Notes: generated from the letters alone by a model not told the origin. DNA of 64,000 nucleotides from Pecten maximus (GCF_902652985.1 NC_047026.1:31248001-31312000), one strand, 5' to 3'. Shown: positions 1 to 26,263, counted from the first letter of the stretch. Numbers and translations: made by a program.

Positions 1-251
1 AGCAACCTAAGACCATACAAACCAAAACATTATACTTTGACTCGTCTATCAAATTACAGTAAAACTTGTTATCTTGAACTATGGTGACTCAAACACTCTG
101 CTTAACTCACAGTTTCGACAATAAAATTCTACATATATACTCCTTTAATTCGATTATTCAAGATAGCTTTTTCATGCCTCTATTGTCTTTGAGATAACAA
201 AGTCTTTAGTGTATATCAATTGTTATATCATTGTAAATTAATCAAACTTAC

Positions 252-3002
252 TTTGTCTTTTTCTGTAGCTCTTACATCTTCTTTTCTGAAACAGGAAACA
301 CAAAATAATAATAATTTTACCAGTAATTTTTGTACTTGTGATGAGATGTTCATGGCTCAATGGAATGATCCAAAGATAACTATATGTATACATAATTTGC
401 ATGATCAACAATATTTGTAACTGGTGTAAGATATAATGATATGCCATTATTCTTATAACTTTCATTAGTTACTATTGTATAAAACAGACAATCTTACTAA
501 GGCAGTAAACATACAACTATAGAGGTCTTCTAAAGGGTGTGATGCCTTCTAAAATTATTTTGACAGTAACCTTACTTGATGAGGCTTCCTAAAGGATGTG
601 TTGCCATCTATACTTATTTTACAGTAACCTTAATGAGCCCCCCTTAAGGGTGAAATGCCTTTTACACTTATTTTGACAGCAACCTTACCAGATGTGGCCC
701 CCTTAAAGGTGTGATGCCTTCTACATTTAGTTTGGCAAGAATCCTAGCTGATGAGGTACACTAAAAGGTGAAATGCCTTTTACACTTATTTTGACAGTAA
801 CCTTACCTGAGGAAGCACCCTTAAAGGTATGATGCCTTTTACATTTAGTTTGACAGAAAACTTCTCAAAGCCCAAGAAAGAGGGTGATGCCTGCTACATT
901 TATCTTGATAATAAACTTTAGCTAATGAGGCCCCCCCAAAGGGTTACCAGTGGTCTTATTTTATAAACTCAGTCTGTCACAGAAAACTTACCTGATAAGG
1001 CCCCTAAAGGGTTCTTTAAGTGTGATACATCCTACGCTTAAGATGGAACATTTGCAAAATCTTGGATTTACATTTGTGACCTGAAATACAAATAACTTTT
1101 TTGAATAACAACACTAATCAAAAGTTAATGACATATCAAAAAAAAATTTAAGGATTTTAAAATAACTTAAATGTTAGAAACTAGAACAAGAAAATCAATT
1201 GAAGTACAACTATAGTTAACCATAGTGTAAACAGAAGAGCATGTTTCACTAATACAAGACAATGTTTACTTAGTTTTTAACTTCAAGATAGTGTTTTGGT
1301 GAATATACCTATTTCCTTTTTCCTGCTGAACACAAGGTATATTAAACCGGTAATATCAATGATATTTCAGTTTATAATTAATCTCTAAATTTTGATTGAA
1401 CACTCTTCTGTTACACAGTTGTTAAGAATATTAAAGATAAAAAAACACACATTACTAAGTTACTGTTATGTTGGTAGCATTTCTTTAGTGAATTTCAATC
1501 TTTTTTATACATCATATGAACTGCATTTCTGTTTGCATTCTGTAAATCTCCACAACAGATATCATGTTTTAATGTCAGGAGATATGTAAACTGGGTGTCA
1601 CCTAACACTGAAAACCTATCAAGGCTATCATATCTTGAGTTGATGAGAATTTTATCCCTCCCATTTGTAAACTCGTACCTAGTGAAGCTGACAGGTAAGT
1701 TTGACCTTTAATTGTTCCCCTACAGAAACAATAACTTGTGTACTGGGTACACCTACCCTTGTTGTGACTACGGCATCCACTGTTGGCACAATGTTTAGTT
1801 CAGTGTCTGTTTTCACTTCCACAATAACCTGTCATATAAGAAGTACATACAATGTGCAACTTGGCAATAAAGAGAAAATACAGGCATGAAAAGTCTTTAG
1901 TCAAGTTTAAGAATTTTCAATTTGATGAGTTGTATATAGCTTTTGCAATGTATTATATATGCACATGCCATCACAATCGGATTCTGATTGGTGTCGAAAT
2001 GATTAAACCATTCATGATTTAAGTTATAACCTTTCAGACTAGTGTACAGGAATATAAATAGGAAAGCAATCGTGAAGATCATCTTCAGTACTTAAAGGGC
2101 TAGTTAATTATCAAATGTATATCATGCTTCAGCACAAATATTTTGGACCAAATTTTCAAAGTTGTTGAATGATGATGAGTTAAAGATAATAATCACATCA
2201 TATATATACCTGATCATTATCAGATCTTGTAGTTAAGTACCCAGCCAGACTGGCATGCACAAACCCTGATCTTGTGTATGTGCCATTACCAGACACCACA
2301 TTCTCATCATATCTGCATATTCTCTGACCTAAAAAAATGACAAGACACATTAGACAATGTTAGAAATACATGTACCAAAACTTTCAAACATATTCAATGA
2401 TTCCCTGATAAAATTTACAAATTTCTACACGTGACAATAAGACCTATCCGAAGAGGATGATGGCCATATTTAGATTAAATTGTATCACTGCTAGGCGTTT
2501 GAAATTCTGACAGTAAATCCATCATTATATTTCTTCTCAAGGTGAAGACGTTTATCCTATATTTAATTTGATTGTGTATAACGGTATAATCAATTCGTCT
2601 TAATACCATGCATTCGTGTTATTTTACATTATTGATATTAGAACTATCAATATCACAAGATTTGTATTAATTTAATGTTTCAATATTGATTAAACGGAAT
2701 ATAACTGAATTACCACCTGTACTTCTTATACCATTCATTTAATATATGATTTCGAGTCCAGTGATGTAACGTTAAGTAGAATCCACTGGAAATAAACTTA
2801 AATAAATATTGATCGGAAATCACTTTGCCGTTTTAACGGCAAAGTGATTTCCGATCAATATTGTTCATTTCTATGCAACACCCTTCATAAGCAATAGTAT
2901 GTTGGTAACATATCAACAGATCGCTAACAGTATATATTTTGAATCATTTTCATCGATAGATCACTTACCTGGAACACACACCTTTTCTATGGGGGCAGAC
3001 AT
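252..3002 (-). CDS. EXOSC1: Exosome complex component CSL4 (EXOSC1), 5' part; gene continues beyond the left edge
   Basis: Coding exons (minus) 3002-2969, 2328-2210, 1828-1757, 1080-992, 285-252, all GT-AG and phase-consistent. Translation MSAPIEKVCVPG/QRICRYDENVVSGNGTYTRSGFVHASLAGYLTTRSDNDQ/VIVEVKTDTELNIVPTVDAVVTTR/VTNVNPRFCKCSILSVGCITLKEPFRGLIR/KEDVRATEKDK matches the recognised CSL4 motifs (PGxR, GTYTR, SLAG, FRGxIRKEDVRATEKDK). Confidence 0.95.
521..986. repeat. Degenerate ~59-bp tandem repeat (about 8 copies) in EXOSC1 intron 4, derived from the exon 4 donor junction
   Basis: Units such as cttacctgaggaagcacccttaaaggtatgatgccttttacatttagtttgacagaaaa resemble the true junction cttacctgataaggcccctaaagg...gtgtgatacatcctac at 987-1035. 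Confidence 0.75.
2805..2862. repeat. Perfect 28-bp inverted repeat with 2-nt loop in EXOSC1 intron 1
   Basis: aatattgatcggaaatcactttgccgtt-tt-aacggcaaagtgatttccgatcaatatt. Confidence 0.95.
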
Positions 3003-4589
3003 ATTGTTTGGAACAATCTATTCCATGTGAGTTATAAACAGGTTATAAGTTTTCCAACTTTCTGTGGCGAAAACCCTCCAGTGCTGAAGTATGTGCATAA
3101 AAAAGTTTAAAAAGATGTATATAATAATAATCAAAAGTAAATCAAATTTCTAAAACTTAAATAATGTCTACAAGCTTAATTTTATGGTGGTAATTATCCC
3201 TATTCATAATATAGAATGTCTTATCCTATTTCCGGATCCGGAACAAGATGGCGGTTGACTAACTGAAAGTTGAAAACTTTATTATAGAAAGGGGTGTTAT
3301 AGGCCCTGGTGTAGCTATTGTTGTATAGGAACAGCATTTAACACTTATGGAAGCCTTTAAGTAAAATGTCAAATGTTTTTTCCCCGCTATAACTGTACCT
3401 AGCCATGGTGTGCGGCGCGGCCCGTAGCTTTTCAATAAATATTTAATAGGCCTATGGTGCTAACGTCAGTACCTCCAACAGCTCCAAGTACACGTTGCCC
3501 GAGTTACGTGTATTCCCCCTATTGCACTACTCCCTCGGACACAAAGTCTTTGCGTCTTAGTTTGACTCATCCATTGGTAATTAAGTATGTCCAATGCTTC
3601 GTCTTAATGAATTGGAAGTTTTAAGTGTGAACACTGTGTCAATATTCCATGTTTGTCATTGCATTGAATTGTGGAAGTATGTCTTCAACATAATTTGGGA
3701 TTCGGGGAATTTTTGTGCGTTCAGGAGGTATTAACGTTTCAAATACTGCTCTGAAGCTTTTTCTCCCAAAGACACCATATTGAAAACTAGAATTTCGCAT
3801 TTGTTTCTCAAGAGCAAACCAGTTTTAGTTTACAAACCGTTTTGAAAACCAGGTTTAAACCATAAACCCAAACCTAAACCAGTTTATTTGCAACAAATTT
3901 GCCCTTAGTATGTCCAATGCTTCGTCTTAATGAATTTTTTTGCTGGAGTTATGGCCCTTTGCACAATGATAAACAACCCTCTTTTTTTTAAGCTGATTGC
4001 AACATCAATTTGAAACTTAGTGCATGTTTTTTTTCATAATGAACTACATTTCGTGTTAGAATTCTCTTATTTACTGGTGTTCTGGACTCCTTTTCGCTGC
4101 CACTTGCTACATTGATTTGTTCCTTAGTTTATCATATTTGAATACTGTATTGTAATATGTTCAGTAGCAGTTTGTATACTTATACATATAATCTGTAAAT
4201 CATCATATCTACATGTACACGTTAGCTAATTTGTCAGTAATTGGATGTTATCTATGTAATACTGGTTGTATTCAATTATCTTCTTGTAGTTCCAATTAAT
4301 GTGGTATTTACATGTAGACTTCAGGTCACTAACCCCATGACCATATTATGTCAGGGGAAATTGATCTGTCCTGCAAATTAGTATAAAAGAATCCCATTTT
4401 CCTCGTGATTGTCACTCCTACCCATACACTGTACAGATATGTCACTCCTACCCATACATTGTACGGATACAACATATACCTTCACCTACACCAATAAACA
4501 GGCACCAAAAAAAATGACTTTGTCATTCTTCAACTCTACATCTCTAAAACTTCAATACTACAAAATTGATTATATTTTATTACAGATTG

Positions 4590-7344
4590 AGTTTGAACCT
4601 TGTATTAAAATTACATTTTATCGCGTTATTGCCATATGCTTCTTGACTTTTTTCCCCGTAGTATTATGCAATCATGATTCATTGCATGATACCATCCTCA
4701 TTTGACCTCATGATGTATGGATGTAAAGCTCCATCAACCAACCAGCAACAGAAAACATCCTTTCAATTACAGCACTGCAAGTGGGTGCAGACGACACATC
4801 CACTTCCATGGGATTATAGTTTTAGCTCCAAGGAAGCCTCTTATTCTCCTTTAGGTCTCACTTTGATTGGTCAACAGCACATGCATATCTGAAATAGCAA
4901 GGAGTAATGAACAAAAGGCCCAAGGGCCTTAAAGGTCATCTGACTCAAAAGACCCTTGTACTATTGTAGTATACATGTACATACTCAGTAGCAACTATGA
5001 TGGCACTGTTGGCCATGGCGGCAATTGTGGATTTTGGACCGACCAGAAAATAAACAACACCTGGTAAGGACCATTTCAGGTAAGTTAGTGCTGAATCCCA
5101 GTGGTGGAACTTGAGAAGAAGTTTGAAATAGGTGTTGTTCAGGAAAACCATGATTGCGCAATCATGTTACAAAATGGCCGCCCTGGCTGCCATGTCAAAG
5201 TTCTTAAGAGGCTGAAAAACACTTTGATGGCTCCCCTTCCTTAACATCCTCACCAATTTCCAGTTCAATGGCACCAGTGGAACTAGAGAAAAAAAAAGTT
5301 TAAAATGTGTTTTTCAAGATGGCGATCATGGTGGCCATCTTGGATATCGAACCAACCCGAAAAATAACAACACTTGGTCAGGATCTTCTCAGAATCATTT
5401 CGGGCAAGTTTCAGCTCAATGGCACCAGTTGAACTGGCGAAGAAGTTTGAAATATGTTTTTCAAGATGGCAGCCATCTTGGATTTCGGACCAACCCGAAA
5501 AATAACCATACTTCGGTCAGGGCCATCTCAGGATCATTCCAGGCAAGTTTAAGCTAAATCCCACCTGTGAAACTTGAGAAGAAGTTTAAAATGTGAAAAG
5601 TTTACACACGGCGGATGGCGTACTACGACAGACAAAGCACAATGACGACAGGTCAGATTACCTAAAAATGCCTGTGCTGGGCCACAAAGTTTCATGCTTG
5701 TTCTCAAGTGCAATGGACAATTCCGCTACCCTGAGGTAATGAGGGTAAGGTGACATTATACTCTCCACTTTTACAATTTGATCCGACATGTAAGAGCTAG
5801 ACCAGAGGCGCCTGCATTTAGTTAAATATTTAGCAAAATATTCCACTCTAGTATAAGAGTTGTTGGAAGGCTATGAGGGTTCTAAATACAGAATTGGTGT
5901 TTTAAATATAGGTGAAATTTCACGTTTTTTTATCATGAAGAATTATAAACAATGTAAAGACAGACAACTGGTGTAAATCCCAACAATATGTTTCAAACCT
6001 TTTTGATGCAATGCTTACCACAAAGATATATTTACTTTTTACATACACAATGATTCAAATGCATGTAGCATCATGCCAAACATTTGAAGTATGCAATGTA
6101 GATCAGATCACAACCTTAACCTCGTACCATGGATGACTTGACATTATATCAGTGCTATTCCAGACTTATCTGTGTGGGAGGCATTTGTATTAAAATTTGA
6201 TGAGTGGTCAGGGTAAAGCTCCATTTTTCTGGTATTCCTTATAGTAAAATTGTTGGGTAGTGAAGTCTCCGAAAAAATGCCTACCTTCTTAATTTCTGTT
6301 TGAGAGAAATGTTTGGCTAACAGCGAAGACGGTGCCCTGAATAATAATGCCATTATACCAAAATGTCACTTGAATGTGAAGTATAGAGCAATCAATCTTG
6401 GAGAAGGAAGTCGAAAATAAATGCATCAATGATTTAAGATTTGCTGAAGTCGAAGGAGGAAAGTTGATTGATTTTACCAAAAAAGCATATAAAGTGTCTG
6501 TCGTACCAAAAAATATAAAGAACGGGTCGATATGTACATTACAGTCTGTCACTCATCTAATTGCGATGCATGCTTCTTTGGCCGACAGCTTGTAGAGCTG
6601 TGGATTATCACGCCAGAGACTTTTGGTTTGATTCCTTTTGTGGCTCTTTCACTGTGCTTCCCTAATAGCACAAAATTGGGGAGGGGGCCAATTATTGAAT
6701 GTAGGCCTGGTTTCAAAAGACTTGATAGAAAGGGGAGGGGGCTTATTGCCAAGCAGAGTCTTACTACCATTCAAGTACGGTGAGTTAAAGGATAAAATAT
6801 TTCTCCTATACTTCACAGGGTTATCCAGCGGTCTCTTACACAGGATGGGTAAAGACAGTCGGCACATGCTATATGTCGCTGCTCACAATACGCAGTTTGA
6901 ACCCTGTATTAAAATTACATTTTATCGCGTTATTGCCATATGCTTCTTGACTTTTTTCCCCGTAGTATTATGCAATCATGATTCATTGCATGATACCATC
7001 CTCATTTGACCTCATGATGTATGGATGTAAAGCTCCATCAACCAACCAGCAACAGAAAACATCCTTTCAATTACAGCACTGCAAGTGGGTGCAGACGACA
7101 CATCCACTTCCATGGGATTCCAGTTTTAGCTCCAAGGAATTAAGCCTCTTATTCTCCTATAGCTCTCACTTGGATTGGTCAACAGCACATGCATATCTGA
7201 AATAGGAAGGAGTAATGAACAAGAGGCCCAAGGGCCTAACGGTCATCTGACTCTTAAGACCCTTGTACTATTGTAGTATACATGTACAAACTCAGTAGCA
7301 ACTATGATGGCACTGTTGGCCATGGCGGCAATTGTGGATTTTGG
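4590..7344 (+). repeat. ~450-bp dispersed direct duplication (4590-5037 and 6894-7344)
   Basis: Near-identical sequence from agtttgaacc to gcaattgtggattttgg. The duplicated ORF text (FEPCIKITFYRV..., MIHCMIPSSFD...) appears twice in the ORF track. Confidence 0.95.
4910..5668 (+). mobile_element. Helentron-associated non-autonomous element (HINE-like) with internal tandem repeats
   Basis: 5' end aacaaaaggcccaagggcc (short hairpin). Internal 130-180 bp repeats carry caagatggc...ggccatcttgga. 3' end has acgg-type microsatellite remnants and caggtcagattacctaaaaa. Architecture matches bivalve HINEs; family assignment by recognition, not by search. Confidence 0.65.
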
Positions 7345-7546
7345 TCTCTTACACAGGATGGGTAAAGACAGTCGGCACATGCTATATGTCGCTGCTCACA
7401 ATAACGCAACGTCATCATTTTACGATGCGTAACCAGGTCGTAAATGATGTCATAAATTTTGACACACATTCCAAGAAGCATTGAAGATGGCGCGATGAAA
7501 AACTTTCTTAAAAACTTACGTTTAGTTGCGAGTATGTGAGAAAAAC

Positions 7547-7671
7547 AATCAATCACGGGTCTGTTCCGTGAACAAGGGTATTTCAACCCTCGGCAAGCCT
7601 CGTGCTGACTGGCCAAACTCTTACACACGGGTTGAGATATCCCTGTCCACGGAACAGACACGTGATAGATT
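7547..7671. mobile_element. Long imperfect hairpin (43-bp arms), likely the terminus of a non-autonomous Crypton-like element
   Basis: Arms 7547-7589 and 7629-7671 are reverse complements with 6 mismatches. The hairpin is seen directly; the Crypton assignment is inference. Confidence 0.5.
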
Positions 7672-9020
7672 CTATTAATCTAATTCAGTGCAAAGTGGTA
7701 TGATTTATTACATTTTTGGTGACTCAACTGAAAGGAACTGGGCTGATCACTGGCAGACCAGAAATTCACATTTTTTTTAACTTCCCTCCAAAAACTCAGC
7801 TCTCGGGCTTGAGCCCGAGCAGTCTGTCCACAGGTGCTAAGTATCCTGTTTATTAAATATTTGGAAAATGATCCACCCTTATAACAGATATAGCCTATTT
7901 CCTTTCCATAGTTGAGCACTTGGGTCCATTTATGTCGCATTACAAAAGAATAATGTATGTTTTTATAAGGAATTTAAACCAATGGAGGTGCATACTTCAG
8001 TGTATCGGTATTTGATCATTTTTGTTGGATTAAACTGAAATTCAAAGTGAATCTAAGCTTGTGCTTATGACTGTGTTGATTAAATTTAGTAATTTACCAG
8101 TATGCATTCCAACAGTCATCACCCATGATACTGTTAACTTGGTGATATCTAGGGTTAAGGAATTGCAGAACTCTTAAATTTTGTGAAAATTACAATTTCA
8201 GTTTGTTGGGCAGTATTCTATGATATATTTGTCAAATTCTAACTACAAAACAATACAATGGGCTTTACCACAATACAAAAGTTTATTTCACATAAAGATT
8301 CAATATTGGACAAATTTGAAGACAGGATAAAAATTAAACATGCAGATGTTGTTCCTCTACTCCATGATTGTACTGAGTTCCCTGCCCATTGCCTTTCCCA
8401 GCGATACACCCCACGTGTCCTAATTAAACTTATAAATATACAACAAAAATAACAACGAAGTTTCACCTGAACTACAAAACTGTCTCAAGCATAATGACAG
8501 GTGTAGCAGGTACCAATGGAAAGTTCTAGATCTGCAATAAAATACTATCAATGCAAACATTATCTATAACTACAATGCTCACATTTGTCAATTGTGTGAT
8601 AATAAAATATTACATTTTCAGTAATCACACAAATTTTTCTTTACCACTAATCAGTTTAGATAATTGGAAAGTCTCATCTGTAACAGATGTGATGTTAGCA
8701 TGTACATGTAGTTTAACTATAATCTACATATCTTTTTAATCATTTTAACACATCCAAAATAAAATCCAATCCTGTCTTCGAAGTGAGAATTTTATATGTT
8801 AACGTTGCCTTTGTGTGATCAGATCACGATTTCCTCAATCGTAGCCTGTATCAATGTTTGTAAAAAGGATAACATGTCATCATTCAGAGTATGTGTATGG
8901 ATAGTTTGCAATATTCAATATATAGCAATGTTTCAATGAATCACTATTATAGTCTGTGATAATGATGCACACATCTAAACTACAAATACTCTAAAGGAAC
9001 ATCACATCCTATGTAGGATG

Positions 9021-21160
<12,140 letters not shown>

Positions 21161-21787
21161 TCTGAGTGAAAGTTTTTCCTGTTATCGCAGAAGGTTGGTC
21201 AGGTATCAAGGATGCATATCTGCTTTCTTATCGTCAATAACTACGGTTGTTTTCTTCTTTTTTCATTCATTTTCGCCCAGATTCTTTTCGCGCCGATCTT
21301 GTTCCGGTAACACCGCCACCTGTTGGAAAAACATTTGCATCTATTTCCTATAAGGGACGCAACTCGATTTGATTGTTTTCTGTGGAAGCGCGATACTAAA
21401 ATATGCATCATGTGATACTGATCTCATCGTAGCTAGCAGAGCGAAGAAAAGCATAATCAATTGCAGTTAACGCTGATGAAAAATAAATTGACAAATTCAA
21501 ATAGCAGGTTCCAGAACGTCAAAAATACTAAATTTGTTTACAGACCTGGACAATTTGATTAAATGTTTTATATAGAGTCTAGTATGTTTAAACATTTATA
21601 TAATAGTGATCTTAATTCGTATTCTAACTTCCATATCTACCCAAGTTTTATTAACAAAGAAAGATATATAGTAGATAGTATTTTATTAATTGATCAGCTT
21701 TATTTAATATTCTTTTATGATACTCGATGTTATCAAACAAATCCTAAGATGCCTTAAATTAAGTGACGCTAAAATAATCATAAGACG

Positions 21788-21818
<31 letters not shown>

Positions 21819-24800
21819 AAGAGCGATGAAATTGTAAACTGTACCGAAACCGGCTGATCACATCATGAATCCAAAATAACATTTATTGTTATATTAAGGA
21901 AAGAAAAAGGTATGCTGCATTTATCTATCTATTTATTTATTTATCCGTTTATTTGTTTGCGTGTACGACAATCTCAGGCTTTATTAAAATGTTTAATCCG
22001 TATTTTTTCCAAAGTATCATTTTTAACCAAAAGTACATAAATTCTCACTTATAATAATAAATCACAAAACAACCTTTTTTTTTTTATTGTTGCAGTGTTT
22101 GCGGCTTAGACCCCTAGCTAGATGACAGTTTCAACCGAGTTACAAACTTTTATGGTTATGGTATCTTTCGTGTAATCGTTTTTTATTGTCAAGGCTTTTT
22201 ATTTTAAGGTATTTTCTATGAGTAAGACAAGCACCATGATTCGGTGGCACTCCCATAGAGGGGTGTGATAGTGGGACAACATTCATACCGAATGTGAGGG
22301 TGTGTGTATTAAATGACCAAAACTGATATTTGGATTACATGAAGTTAGCACTCCTGAACATACATCTATATGCCCCTGTCAAGCACTATTTAAATCTATG
22401 CTACTGTATTTAAACAGACCATAATTGTCCGATGGGAACAAAGTAGGTCACTCTCTTGGCAGATTTGTTTCTGTTTTCATACGAGGACGAATCCCAGGAA
22501 GAACTTATCAGAATGTGTGGGTAAAACAGACCTTACACAGTTTTATAATTTAGCTTTTATATATCTTTGATGTTTAAAAAAAAACCAAGCACTGTATAAA
22601 ACATTGTTGATATACCATCAAGAAATTAAAATCAAGCAAACTACAACTCTTAATTCCACACCAGCCGCGCTCCTTGATCTACTGATTAGCCAACAAACTA
22701 AGGACAGCACGTTATGATTCGTATATGCCAACAATTTCTGAAAAGTAACATCCATACATACTTTCCCAATCTGTGGTATTTTTGTATTGACATGTCAGAT
22801 TCATAATATCACGATTTTAGTGACTTCAGTCTGAAAATCGTTTTTTAATTATCATTGTGGGTGTGCTGTTTTACGATGACCACCGAACGGTAGACATTTT
22901 CTTGTCGTCATTCTGATCTCGTTAAGAATTTTTTTTTTTTTTTTTTAGATATGATGTTTGATGCTTTCAAAGCTGCATGTGATCTGTTTAGAGTGTACCA
23001 ATACTGGTACCGGTAACGCCGATCGATCATAACCCACTAACCATTCGAGAAAGGCTTTTCTCCTGATCTACAAATATTTTTCATGATTTGCTCATATTTT
23101 ATTACTATAAGCTGATATTTTCGTTAAGATTTTGACATTTTCTTTATTTTTCTTTGAACTCGATGCTATCGTATTAGTGATCCAATACAACATAAATATC
23201 AAATCGTTTCCTTTTAAAATTCGATAACAAGACAGGGTGGATATAAAACCTAATACACCCGTGATATATGAAAAACAACGTATAGTGGGCGGGATTTGGA
23301 TTTTATTTATAAAATAAAGTTAAAACGCAACAAAATATATAATCGAATAACAATATGACTTCATTAATATAATAAAACTTAGAATCTCAAAAACGACATT
23401 ATGAGTAACTGGGAGTACATATGTATCACAAATATATATAGATAATACGTATATTTATATCACAAATATCTACATTGTATAGGCATACATGTACTTATAT
23501 AAAACAAATCTAGATACATTTTATCACAGACATACACGAGTACATTTATATTTTGCAAATCCTTTGGTTACATTTATATCACACATGTATCTAGACACAA
23601 TGCTAGAAATACAGTGCTTTATTGACACACAGACAAATACAATATCTCTTATTTACACGTTGATGTGATGTAAAATCATACTTGATAAAAGTAATGTTTT
23701 AAATCTATATTCAGACGGCTATGAGATCAATTAAGGACCGCATGGCATTAAGGGAACAAATTTATCTCATTGATTTCCTATAATGTGTGGAAACTTGGAT
23801 ATTGGTTGTGGCCAAAGGCGTGATGTCATCAAATACGCCAATAGCAAACAAACAAGATAATTAATCTTAGGAAGCAAACAGAATTAAGTTACTAGACGTT
23901 GCATTGGACATAGGTGATATATTTTGACAACTTTCGCCATTCTGCTGGGATTTACAAATTATCAGCCTCTTAAGATCACCCACAAGTTAGTAGCAAGTCC
24001 ACGTATATCTTATATCGACCAGCGGGTTCATGAGGTGTAAAAACCAATTATCACAAGTATTAATACTGTATGAGGGCTACCACATAGATCGGTAAACTGG
24101 TCATGCATGAACCACTAACCATCGCATACGAATAATCTATACACATGAATGACACTTTGGCGTTGGAATCCTTCCACAGACAGCCAACTAGCTGACATGA
24201 CAAATTAGATGAAATAATGTTTAAAGAAATAACAAAATGAAAAACAACTTTATCATCGGATATAATATCTATGTGTTTTGTTCCTTTTCTATCCTTCCTA
24301 TGTCACTCTTAGAGTCTAGAATTTGTTGATAGTAATATTGTGCAACCTCTAATGCATGGCATATGGATAAGAAACCTTTAAAAGTTCAGGAGTGACCCGA
24401 TGAAGGAGTAAAGGAATGTTTTTTTTTTGTGGACAATGGATGAGTGACGTGTATTGGATGTGTAGCTAGGACGTGCCATACATTAGTTTTAATTAGTTCT
24501 TTTATTAAGTATATTTAAAGATATACATGTATATTGTGTACATCATTTATGAGCCTTGATTTGTGGTACACTTGAATATCCTTATGTATCAACATTCATC
24601 TTACTCTCAGATCTCTAGATCGGTCTTCCTTCGTTCCATTCTCCTTTGCTTTTCTGTTTTTATAGTCATCATTGGTACTAGTATGCTGTGCCGCTATCAC
24701 AGTCCTCGTAATATATATTTGTGGAGAGGGCTTTTATGAGTTATTAAAACCCAATCCAATTGTGTTTAAACAATGAAATACGTTTAAATCAAACCAAACC

Positions 24801-25083
24801 ATCTCCAGAATAATTGTATCAGTTCCCCAATTATCGATGGAATAACATAATTACAGTAGAAATGGGATTTAGGAGGAGTTTACCCACAGTTAATATAGTA
24901 AAGTGGAGATCGAAGTGATTCACCAGGAAAATTATACGAAAAGGCGAGCAATGTAGGTGAGAATCGACTCTCAAATCAAGTTACTGAAATAATTTCAAAA
25001 ATGGACACAGCGTAGCTTTTGTTCTTTCCACCCATTTTGGGTTTGCTCAGTGGTATCCTAGATACCGACACTTTAGACCTTTA

Positions 25084-25128
25084 TCATTACCGACGAGTCC
25101 AGGGACTAAACAGCTATACAGTATGGTG
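25084..25128 (+). ncRNA. Degenerate solo copy of the 49-bp hammerhead unit
   Basis: tcattaccgacgagtccagggactaaacagctatac aligns to catcactgacgagtcc-tagaa-ggacgaaacagctgta, with core mutations. Confidence 0.4.
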
Positions 25129-25791
25129 CAGCTTATAGTCATAGGATCCGCGATACTCTTTTTAGGGAACGACTCCCAAAGTTAACATGTGGATTAAAAA
25201 TAAATACTTTCATTGTGTTATTTCCCTGCCATCATCGTAATTAAGGATAAATTAACGATTTGTTTCGCCTACTCATTATCATCTACAGATAATAATTACC
25301 TACCGATTATCAACATACTAACATCCTATTTCTCGAAAAAAATATTCCAGGTATAAGAAAGTTACGTGCCTCTTTTTCATTACAAATTATATAATTTTAT
25401 TAGATACAGCTGTATGATCCGATTTTCCTCGATTCTCATTGGCTAAAACAATGGTCACATGGAAGTCAATAACACGAGAAACATTATATTAACTTGATGT
25501 TTCTATTGGTAGAAACACAGAGTTAATACTGCGTTTATGGCATATCACTGTGAATTTACAACGGGCAAGCGTTTTTCCACCATGTTGCAAACAAGCTTCA
25601 TATCTAATATAAAAAAATCGAGGACATTCGATTTGGTTAATATGATGTTATACCAACCTGTAGTATCTAAAATATTGATCTCGGGCTACCAGGTTGGTGT
25701 GGCCCTATATTCACCCCACCGAAGTTCCATGTTTTAGTGAGGAAATCCTATGCCTGTAATTACCCCGCTATAGGGGAAGTTAGACATTTAA

Positions 25792-26263
25792 AGAGGCTTA
25801 CCCGCAGACGGACCGGTAAACGGCACATCTCCGATCACTAAATAAACTTCAGTACACGTTTCTATGTGACAAAATTAGAGGCTTTCCGACTTTATTTCTT
25901 GAAAACAATTACAGAATATGTATTTAAAAGACGTTTTAAAACTCAACCTGAGAGGGAAATGTATGGAATATAACGGCAAATCTTCTTTGTAAATCGCCGC
26001 TGCCTTTGAAGTTATCACTGTGCGGCACTGTGCACGTGCTTGTTTCTTTGATGTGTCAATCAAATTAGACTCCACTTTATAGCGGGGACTTATTGCGGGT
26101 TGCGATTAAATAAATAATATTTAAAAAATGAGGTTTTAATATCACTTTTCAGCGTTTTATAAGGAAAATAAAATGAAAAACTCAACAATTCCAACAATCT
26201 GTCATGTGTAAAAAATCTTTTTCTATTAGCCAATTTTTCTGATCTCTCTGCGGGCAAGCCTCT
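25792..26263. mobile_element. Kolobok-type MITE
   Basis: 17-bp TIR agaggcttacccgcaga / tctgcgggcaagcctct (1 mismatch), TTAA on both sides (25788-25791, 26264-26267), AG...CT termini. Confidence 0.85.

Noticed and set aside
3240-3275. caagatggcgg as the start of a divergent gene
   Set aside because: ATG GCG GTT GAC TAA stops at once; more likely a YY1-type promoter motif upstream of EXOSC1, which cannot be confirmed from sequence alone.
5670-6830. Cluster of short ORFs with coding-like composition
   Set aside because: Stops in all frames and no recognisable motif; possibly a decayed transposon gene. BLASTX would be needed.
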